From the NCBI RefSeq assembly GCF_003231495.1, contig NZ_PQWO01000015.1, positions 30,001 through 62,000 on the forward strand: a stretch of DNA of 32,000 bases, read 5' to 3'. The notes under the pieces are model-generated. The model saw only the letters and a list, made by a program, of their open reading frames with translations. It did no database searches and had not been told where the DNA came from. The stretch is from Acaryochloris thomasi RCC1774. GTDB lineage: Bacteria > Cyanobacteriota > Cyanobacteriia > Thermosynechococcales > Thermosynechococcaceae. The position numbers were made by a program, and so were the translations under genes. Positions 25,577-32,000 of this stretch are shown here, piece after piece. Position 1 is the first letter of the stretch. Every line of letters begins with the position of its first letter.

Positions 25577-27262
25577 ATGGGGAATCAACAAAGCCAAGAT
25601 CAAACGCAAGCTTGGTGGCAAAGTGGTGTCATTTATCAGATTTATCCCCTCACCTTTTCTGACGGCAATGGCAATGGAACCGGCGATATTAGTGGCATCA
25701 TTCGGCGATTGGACTATCTCAATGACGGCAATCTAGATAGCCAGACCTCTCTGGGAATAGACGCCATCTGGCTCTCGCCCGTCAATGACTCGCCGATGAT
25801 CGACAACGGCTACGATATTTCCGACTATCGCAACATCTGCCCCATCTTTGGTACACTCGCTGAATTTGAGACCCTGATTGCTGAAGCCCATCAGCGCGGC
25901 ATCCGTATCATCATGGATATGGTGCTCAACCACTCCTCAAACCAACATCCTTGGTTTATCGAATCGAGCAAGAGCAAAGACAACGATAAAAGTGACTGGT
26001 ATATCTGGCAAGATCCAGGCTACAAAGATGGCCTCCCCAATAACTGGCTATCCTACTTTGGCGGCACCGGCTGGACCTACTGTGAAGCCCGTGAACAATA
26101 TTACTTCCACATCTTCAATAAAAATCAGCCAGACCTCAACTGGCGCAACCCTGAGGTTAAAGCGGCTATTTTTGACGTCCTGCGCTACTGGCTCGATAAG
26201 GGCATTGATGGATTTCGATTAGATGCCTCCAGCGTCTATAGCAAAGATCAGTACTTCCGCGATAACCCCGTCAAGTTCGGAGCCACCGACAAGAATGCGT
26301 ATCACAATCAGCATCACCTTTATGACAAAGATCTGCCAGAGAACCATCAAATCATCCGAGAGATTCGCAGTCTGATCGATGAATATGACGATCGCGTCCT
26401 CATTGGCGAAACCTTTATTGATAGCCGCCTCTATGATTCGACCTCATTCTACGGCATCAATAACGACGAACTGCATTTACCCTTCGCCTTTGAATTTCCG
26501 TTCAGCCCCTGGTATCCCGGCTATCTGCAGCGCGAAATTCAGAAGAAAGAGCGAATCACACCAGAGGGCGCTTGGCCCACCTATTTCTTAGACAACCACG
26601 ATATCCCCCGGCATTTGTCGCGCTGGATTGAATGTGCACTCTGCACCAATCCCCAAGCAATTGCCAAGGCAGCTGCAACGCTGCTATTAACCATGCGCGG
26701 GACTCCAGTGCTGTACTACGGCCAAGAGTTAGGCATGGTGGATTTTGAAGATATTCCGCCCGAGAAGCTACAGGATAAGGCCGTTACCAACAGTCCTTCA
26801 GGAGAAGCTCCCCCTAACCGCGACGGTGCTCGCACGCCGATGCAGTGGGATGATTCAGCCAATGCTGGATTTAGCTTTGGCAAAGACGTTGAACCGTGGC
26901 TACCGGTTCATCCCAACTATCAAGAAGTAAACGTGGAAGCGGCTATTGCTGACCCCGACTCGGTCTGGCACTTTTACCGCAGCTTGATTCAGAGCCAGAA
27001 ACAGAGTGAAGCCCTGCGTCAGGGGAGATGGAGAACTCTCATTCACTATCCCTATGAGCATATGGCCTACATCCGAGAGACCGATCAGGAGAGGGTTCTG
27101 GTGATGATCAACTTTGCCTACGAACAACCATTTGAGCTGGATATACCCGTCGAACGAGAGAATTGGCGTGTCCTTGTCTCCAACAAAACAGAAGCTGGCA
27201 AACTTATTGACCTACCTGAAACCCTACAGGCATTCGAGATCAACGTTCTTAGGAAAGAGTAA
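25577..27262 (+). CDS. GH13 alpha-glucosidase / oligo-1,6-glucosidase-type glycoside hydrolase
   Basis: WWQSGVIYQIYPLTFSD, GIDAIWLSP, DNGYDISDY and DMVLNHSS are present, with the nucleophile block GIDGFRLDA, the acid/base block LIGETF and FLDNHD. Confidence 0.9.
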   Translation: MGNQQSQDQTQAWWQSGVIYQIYPLTFSDGNGNGTGDISGIIRRLDYLNDGNLDSQTSLGIDAIWLSPVNDSPMIDNGYDISDYRNICPIFGTLAEFETLIAEAHQRGIRIIMDMVLNHSSNQHPWFIESSKSKDNDKSDWYIWQDPGYKDGLPNNWLSYFGGTGWTYCEAREQYYFHIFNKNQPDLNWRNPEVKAAIFDVLRYWLDKGIDGFRLDASSVYSKDQYFRDNPVKFGATDKNAYHNQHHLYDKDLPENHQIIREIRSLIDEYDDRVLIGETFIDSRLYDSTSFYGINNDELHLPFAFEFPFSPWYPGYLQREIQKKERITPEGAWPTYFLDNHDIPRHLSRWIECALCTNPQAIAKAAATLLLTMRGTPVLYYGQELGMVDFEDIPPEKLQDKAVTNSPSGEAPPNRDGARTPMQWDDSANAGFSFGKDVEPWLPVHPNYQEVNVEAAIADPDSVWHFYRSLIQSQKQSEALRQGRWRTLIHYPYEHMAYIRETDQERVLVMINFAYEQPFELDIPVERENWRVLVSNKTEAGKLIDLPETLQAFEINVLRKE

Positions 27263-27400
27263 GCTGCAGCCCATCACTTGCCTTGAAAGTGAACGGTACA
27301 CCGGGCATTTAACATTGGGGCGGAGCGGGTAACCAGAGGATAGAAAACTGCGTACATTGCTCTCGCAAATGGGGCAGTAGTGCCTCCCCGTTATATTCAT
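27224..27400 (-). pseudogene. Decayed N-terminal fragment of a zinc-ribbon class I SAM-methyltransferase
   Basis: MNITGRHYCPICESNVRSFLSSGYPLRPNVKCPVYRSLSRQ resembles the CPxC...RPN..CPxCGSLERHR N-terminus of that family. The second CxxC and the ERHR are mutated. No methyltransferase domain follows, and the frame runs into the 3' end of the GH13 gene. Confidence 0.35.
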
Positions 27401-27812
27401 GGCTTTTACAGTCTGCACACGGACTGCTGACAATCCCAAACGTTGTTCAGCAAATTCTTTAGCCGTAGTATTGACGCCCATCATCTCTTCGCTAGCCTCA
27501 ATCGAGTGGTTTATCAACGTATAACAGTGGCTCAGAAGAGCCACTGTTTAGCCAGACCTCCATCAACAACAGCCCCATCCGCAAGCATCTGAGTCAGTGG
27601 CAGAAAAACGCAAGAGACAAGAATATGATTTAAAATAAAAAACATATCTAAAAGCAATTTCGAGCTTCTCGGACGCACTTTGATGATCACGCTGCTTGGC
27701 CTGCGAGTTTTGCTAGATTGCCATGCAAAAAAGGCAGCCCTTCGCATTCGCCAAGAGAAATCTTGGCCGGGGATGTTTTCAGATCAGAATTGTGTTGGAG
27801 CGGCTTGCCCCG

Positions 27813-28610
27813 CTAGCTAGAGGCACTGGTGTAGGAACGGAGCGCAAATCTCCAGAAACGGTTGGCGATTAAAAATAATAGGCTGGCAAGTCCGAAGGAA
27901 CCGAACAACCAAACCCCACTGGTCCGCTGCAGCATCACTTCGGCAGGAACAGTGGTGAGAAAGGTAACCGGGACAATAAATGTGAAAAAGATACGATAGG
28001 CCGTGGGATAGGCCGCAATCGGATAGCGTCCGGCTTCGACTAAGCCACGCAGCACCTCTGTGACGTTGTAGATTTTCACAAACCAAATGCTTGTGGCCCC
28101 TAGCATGAACCAAAGGCTGTAGAGAATGATCACGCCCAAGGCGACAGGAATAATGCTGCCCAGATATTGCGGGAGGCCCAGGCTTAGGCGAGTGCCAGCA
28201 TAGCCGATCAGAAGTAATCCAAAGGTAATGTCAGGCAGGCCCCAAGGTGAAATCGAATAGGTTGAGAGCCAGAATTGACTACTGATCGGCTTGAGCAAAA
28301 TAAAGTCTAGCGTTCCTTCCTGGACATGGCGTACAATCCGGTTGAGATTAGGGACTAAAAAGGTGGCAGAGATACCCTGCAGAAGGGTGAAGAGACCCAG
28401 AACCAAAAGTGCCTCCGGCCATGACCATCCCTGAAAGGTTTCAACACTATTGTCAGCACCTTGAGGATAAAAGAGAGAAAGACCAAATAGACTTCCTAAG
28501 AGGCTGCCAAAGCTGCTGAAGGCGGCAAGGACGAAGTTGATGCGGTATTCCATTTCGGCGGCGATTGCGGTGGCCCAAAAGAGTCTTAAAACCTCAAAGT
28601 ATCGTCGCAT
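27813..28610 (-). CDS. ABC-2 family transporter permease (DUF990-type)
   Basis: The N-terminus MRRYFEVLRLFWATAIAAEMEYRINFVL is followed by six hydrophobic helices, typical of ABC2_membrane_6-type permeases. No ATPase or partner permease gene is adjacent. Confidence 0.75.
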   Translation of the reverse strand: MRRYFEVLRLFWATAIAAEMEYRINFVLAAFSSFGSLLGSLFGLSLFYPQGADNSVETFQGWSWPEALLVLGLFTLLQGISATFLVPNLNRIVRHVQEGTLDFILLKPISSQFWLSTYSISPWGLPDITFGLLLIGYAGTRLSLGLPQYLGSIIPVALGVIILYSLWFMLGATSIWFVKIYNVTEVLRGLVEAGRYPIAAYPTAYRIFFTFIVPVTFLTTVPAEVMLQRTSGVWLFGSFGLASLLFLIANRFWRFALRSYTSASS

Positions 28611-28718
28611 TCTGGCACTACCGCTTCGTCACTAGGTCAATGTTCTGGTGGCTCTCTTTAAGATATCGCTTCTCGCAAAACGTTAGCCTATAAATGAGTA
28701 TTGAGGAGCAAAGCCGTT

Positions 28719-29012
28719 ATGGGATCGCATTCATTCTCGCTTGCAAACCAAAGCCATTTTAAGAGGATTCATCGTCGGTGGCATGGGCGGCAGAGCCAGC
28801 GGCAGATCTTGCGATCGCAAATCGGCTTCCCGATCAAAACCGTTAGTTGCTCAACAACCTGCCACGGCTGCAGTCACTATCACGGGAAAACCTACGGGAC
28901 GGCTGAATTCAGAGTCACTTTGATTTGCGGCATTTACCCCTATGGCTGGCTAGTAGAGAACACACTTTGCCCCGACTGGCACCAAGGAGAGGAGACAAGG
29001 AAGACAGAATAA
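28719..29012 (+). CDS. Possible small Cys-rich protein (hypothetical)
   Basis: GAGGAG lies 10 nt upstream of the ATG at 28719. The cysteine pattern CSTTCHGCSHYHG...LICGIYPYGW...CPDW is reminiscent of small cyanobacterial metal-binding hypotheticals. There is no other support. Confidence 0.35.
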   Translation: MGSHSFSLANQSHFKRIHRRWHGRQSQRQILRSQIGFPIKTVSCSTTCHGCSHYHGKTYGTAEFRVTLICGIYPYGWLVENTLCPDWHQGEETRKTE

Positions 29013-29016
29013 ATCG

Positions 29017-29310
29017 CTAGGGTTTAGGAGAACCTTGTGTTTGAAAAGCCATAAAATCAAATCCCGTACCCGACCGCTGACTAGGGAGAATTCTAACTAG
29101 AACAGCCTGACCGTTTCGATCTCCTGTAGGCAAAAAGACAACCTGCCCTGTCGCACCCTGAGTCGAGAAGCCAGGATTCGCCAGTGCCTGCTGCAACCCC
29201 TGACGACTCGTGCTAACGGTCAGGCCCTAAACAATTGCTTTGGTCGCATCATAGGCCATCGCAGTGCTCCATGTTCCGAGCCCTTTCCAAAGCCGGTTGA
29301 TTGACTTCCC
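29017..29310 (-). pseudogene. C-terminal fragment of a type-1 periplasmic binding protein (Leu/Ile/Val/amide-binding family) with internal stop
   Basis: My minus-strand translation gives NRLWKGLGTWSTAMAYDATKAIV*GLTVSTSRQGLQQALANPGFSTQGATGQVVFLPTGDRNGQAVLVRILPSQRSGTGFDFMAFQTQGSPKP*. There is an in-frame TAG at 29227-29229 and a terminal stop at 29017-29019. The N-terminal three quarters of the gene are absent, and the yaaA stop abuts at 29315. Confidence 0.6.
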
Positions 29311-29314
29311 CTTA

Positions 29315-30073
29315 TTAGCCTCGGCTAAAGACCCAATCTTGAGGTTTAGACAGCTTTGGGTGAAAGTGATAGTCTTCAATATCAAAAGCTTTCAGATCCT
29401 GCGCCTCTGTGATTCGATGCTGGATTGCATAGTTAACCATTAGTCCTCGTGCCCGTTTTGCAAATAAACCAATGGTTTTATAGGTGCCGTTTTTATTTTC
29501 TTTAAAGTGAATGTTGATGGGGTTGGCCTGGAGCTGATCGAGTTTAATGGCTTTGTAGTATTCATTAGAGGCCAGGTTCACTAGCGTTGGGTTCTGTGCA
29601 AGGTCGGCATTGAGAACCTCTGCAATTTGAGTGCCCCAAAATTCATAAAGGTTTTTACCCAGCGGGTTGGCAAGCTTTGTTCCCATCTCCAGGCGATAGG
29701 GCTGAATCAAGTCGAGGGGCTTGAGAATACCGTAAAGGCCAGACAGAATACGCAGATGATTTTGAGCAAAGTCCAGGTCATCTGCGCCATAGCTCTCAAT
29801 CTCAATCCCTTTGTAGACATCCCCCTTAAAAACAAACAGTGCCTGTCTTGCATTTTCTGGCGTGAAAGGCGTCTGAAAGGTTTGATACCGCTCGTAGTTG
29901 AGATCAGCGAGCTTGTTGCTGATGCCCATCAACTGCATAAGCTCTTCGGGACTAAAGGGTCTGAGTTGATGAATAAGCTGCTGACTTTGCTCAAGCTTGA
30001 CCGGCACGGTATGTATAGAGTGTCGCTGTCCCTCAAATTCCAGCGTTTTTGAAGGAGAGATAACCATCAGCAT
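29315..30073 (-). CDS. yaaA: Peroxide stress protein YaaA (UPF0246/DUF328)
   Basis: The canonical N-terminus is MLMVISPSKTL, and YKGIEIESYGADDLDFAQNHLRILSGLYGILKPLDLIQPYRLEMGTKL is present. The start is trimmed from 30340 to the ATG at 30073, giving the typical length of about 250 aa. Confidence 0.9.
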   Translation of the reverse strand: MLMVISPSKTLEFEGQRHSIHTVPVKLEQSQQLIHQLRPFSPEELMQLMGISNKLADLNYERYQTFQTPFTPENARQALFVFKGDVYKGIEIESYGADDLDFAQNHLRILSGLYGILKPLDLIQPYRLEMGTKLANPLGKNLYEFWGTQIAEVLNADLAQNPTLVNLASNEYYKAIKLDQLQANPINIHFKENKNGTYKTIGLFAKRARGLMVNYAIQHRITEAQDLKAFDIEDYHFHPKLSKPQDWVFSRG

Positions 30074-30246
30074 GGCAGTGACCTTGAATCCTGTAGCTTG
30101 AGCGAATCTATTGATTTTGTGGGGTGAATGTTTCCGCAAGATCTTTTGGGACAGATCATAGAAGCGGCCTTTATGATACATCGATTGCTTAGGCATAAGC
30201 CGCAGCTTAGCCTGATACAATCCCAAAGGAACTGAGCGGGAGCCTG

Positions 30247-30543
30247 ATGATGACAAATTCTCAATCTTCGACCACGGGTGCAGATGCAGTGGATGTTGCG
30301 ATTGCAAAGGGCTTAGACCTAGATGGCTCCCCGATCCCACCGGTCAAGCTAGAGGTCTACAACAAAGTGATGGCGTTTGAAGCCGGACGCCAGCGCAGTG
30401 GGGTTACAAACACAATGAGATCGCGCACCGTCCGCATTGGCGCAAAGCATCTACCCCAAGATGAACTCAATCGAATGCTAGTCGATGCCGATTGGGCACC
30501 GCTAAAAGAGAAAGAGATCGCTTTTTACTACGGCAGCAAATAA
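30247..30543 (+). CDS. Hypothetical 98-aa soluble protein
   Basis: This is a clean ORF divergent from yaaA with non-repetitive composition. I recognise no family. Confidence 0.5.
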   Translation: MMTNSQSSTTGADAVDVAIAKGLDLDGSPIPPVKLEVYNKVMAFEAGRQRSGVTNTMRSRTVRIGAKHLPQDELNRMLVDADWAPLKEKEIAFYYGSK

Positions 30544-30547
30544 TAGT

Positions 30548-31102
30548 TCAGAACGTCGTCCGATACGTTTTTGCCCACTCTCTAATCGCTTGACGCAGGA
30601 CACGTCGTCCCTGCTGACGGTGTTCTTCAATGACATAGGGCAGCGATTGAATCGGCAATTCAGGAAAAACTAGGCTTTGGGCCGCTTCAACATACTCACC
30701 TTCTTGGAGGTGGTAGATTGTGATTTCCCCATCGTCATAGCACCACAGTTCTGGCACTCCCAATCGAGCATAAATAGGGAGTCGATTCAGAGACTTACGG
30801 GTCAAATCAATCTCTAGCGATAAGTCAGGGGATGGATCTCGATCGAGATCAAACTCCAGCTTTCCGCGTACAAGCGACTCGTTCTGGAAATAAAAACAGT
30901 TATCCGGCCCTAAACCCGCCTCTTTGATTTTTCTACGCCAGGTGGTAGACCCATAACTTTCATAATCACGGTCTAGAGCGTCTGCGATATCTTTAGTCGC
31001 ATCACTCAGGACTTCTTTGTAGTATTCATGCCCAGGGAAAGGGGTCATGATTTCCAAAGTACCGCGATCGTAGGCAACACGGGCAGCACGGTGGTCGCCC
31101 AA
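30548..31102 (-). CDS. Uma2-family (DUF820) putative endonuclease, N-terminus probably disrupted
   Basis: RVAYDRGTLEIMTP, PDLSLEIDLTRKSL and IYARLGVPELWCYD are Uma2 hallmarks. Conserved-looking sequence (DRILLHNVSWQQFEALLQD) continues upstream of the TTG start until an in-frame TGA at 31160-31162. Confidence 0.75.
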   Translation of the reverse strand: MGDHRAARVAYDRGTLEIMTPFPGHEYYKEVLSDATKDIADALDRDYESYGSTTWRRKIKEAGLGPDNCFYFQNESLVRGKLEFDLDRDPSPDLSLEIDLTRKSLNRLPIYARLGVPELWCYDDGEITIYHLQEGEYVEAAQSLVFPELPIQSLPYVIEEHRQQGRRVLRQAIREWAKTYRTTF

Positions 31103-31314
31103 GTCCTGAAGGAGGGCTTCAAATTGTTGCCAGCTAACGTTGTGTAAGAGAATGCGATCTCATCTCCGCAGAGCCGAAACCATAGAAACCTGAGCAGATA
31201 GCCTACCGACACATCATAAGCAGTCACCACAGAGAACCGATGGAGCAGCTAAGCTTAGAGACTGGAATCAACATCCCTCCACCGCTACTCTCAATGCCTC
31301 AAGCGCTTAACCCA

Positions 31315-31866
31315 TCAAGTCTCTGGCTTGTCGATCTGAAACGATGTCAAAAACTGATCGGCATTTGGAGCAAAATCATCCTTCGTTTCACCGATCGCCA
31401 GCACTTGATATAGCCGACTTTTCTGTAGGCAAAAGATTCCCTGTGCCGAGGCATCCTTTGATTTCACCGTCCCCTTCGCCTGAAACTTGCGACAGGGAAC
31501 ATCACTAACGGTGGTCGCCTCTTCCTTCACAATCTCACCCTGAATACTGTTTTTGACAGCCCCCTGCAGAGACTGAGAAAGCAGATTCTGCGTGTCGACC
31601 TTTCCCAAAAGATTTCCCGGATAATCGAGGTAAGAAACCAGATAAGCTGCATCAGAAAGTTCAACATCGGCGAGCTTCAGATCTAGCTCTTGCCCCCCAG
31701 GAATCGGGACTTTACGCGTCTTTTCTTCCGCTTCCCCTGGCATAGAGATTGTGTATCCACCTGCTTCTGAAGCATAGTCCTGCCACTTCAGAGTTGAGTC
31801 ACAGGCCACCAATGAGGCCGCAATACCAACCAGCGCAACCGCCATGAAAGGACTCTTATTCAGCAT
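31315..31866 (-). CDS. Lipoprotein of unknown function
   Basis: The signal peptide with lipobox is MAVALVGIAASLVACDS. A soluble beta-rich-looking domain follows, with no recognised family. Confidence 0.65.
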   Translation of the reverse strand: MLNKSPFMAVALVGIAASLVACDSTLKWQDYASEAGGYTISMPGEAEEKTRKVPIPGGQELDLKLADVELSDAAYLVSYLDYPGNLLGKVDTQNLLSQSLQGAVKNSIQGEIVKEEATTVSDVPCRKFQAKGTVKSKDASAQGIFCLQKSRLYQVLAIGETKDDFAPNADQFLTSFQIDKPET

Positions 31867-32000
31867 TAAAAACTCCGTGCAAAATAAACTGGCAACCTTT
31901 CGTCAAAACAGAAGGCTAGCCATTTCAGCTTATGACACCCTACATCATCCCGGCATCCTATCCCTAGGATGACTTAACCTTTAAGACAATTAACGTCATA

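Noticed and set aside
27532-27747. 71-aa minus-strand ORF between the methyltransferase relic and the ABC-2 permease
   Set aside because: It has no RBS and no recognisable motif, and it lies in AT-rich sequence that looks non-coding. I could not link it to a second ABC-2 permease remnant.

Overview
This looks like a cyanobacterial chromosomal segment. The HIP1 octamer GCGATCGC occurs at least 17 times by eye, and several cyanobacteria-typical genes are present (CAAD/CurT-like, Ycf20-like, lumenal-type pentapeptide protein, ACT-malic enzyme). The window is densely coding on both strands. Firm calls are a type-A RNase P RNA (rnpB) directly upstream of RNase III, plus RNase HI, CutA, YaaA, malic enzyme, a GH13 alpha-glucosidase, a GT39-type glycosyltransferase and an HD-domain dNTPase-like gene cut by the left edge. 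I found no rRNA, tRNA, CRISPR array, transposase or integrase. Five regions are worth a second look. (1) At 3.9-9.7 kb, a GH3 acyl-amido synthetase and an AspH-like 2OG oxygenase converge on an isocyanide-hydratase-like DJ-1 plus acyl-CoA dehydrogenase operon with its own GAF-like/LuxR regulator. (2) At 13.5-16.7 kb, an orphan histidine kinase is tightly coupled to a 608-aa protein of a family I cannot assign, which carries a duplicated C-terminal module. (3) A GNAT acetyltransferase is fused to a NuiA-type nuclease-inhibitor domain. (4) A c-haem DUF3365-HAMP sensor has no output domain and lies next to a PhnD-like binding protein and a perfect 27-nt palindrome. (5) At 27.2-29.3 kb, a decayed patch holds two gene fragments and an orphan ABC-2 permease. 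All functional calls rest on motif recognition from memory, since no searches could be run.
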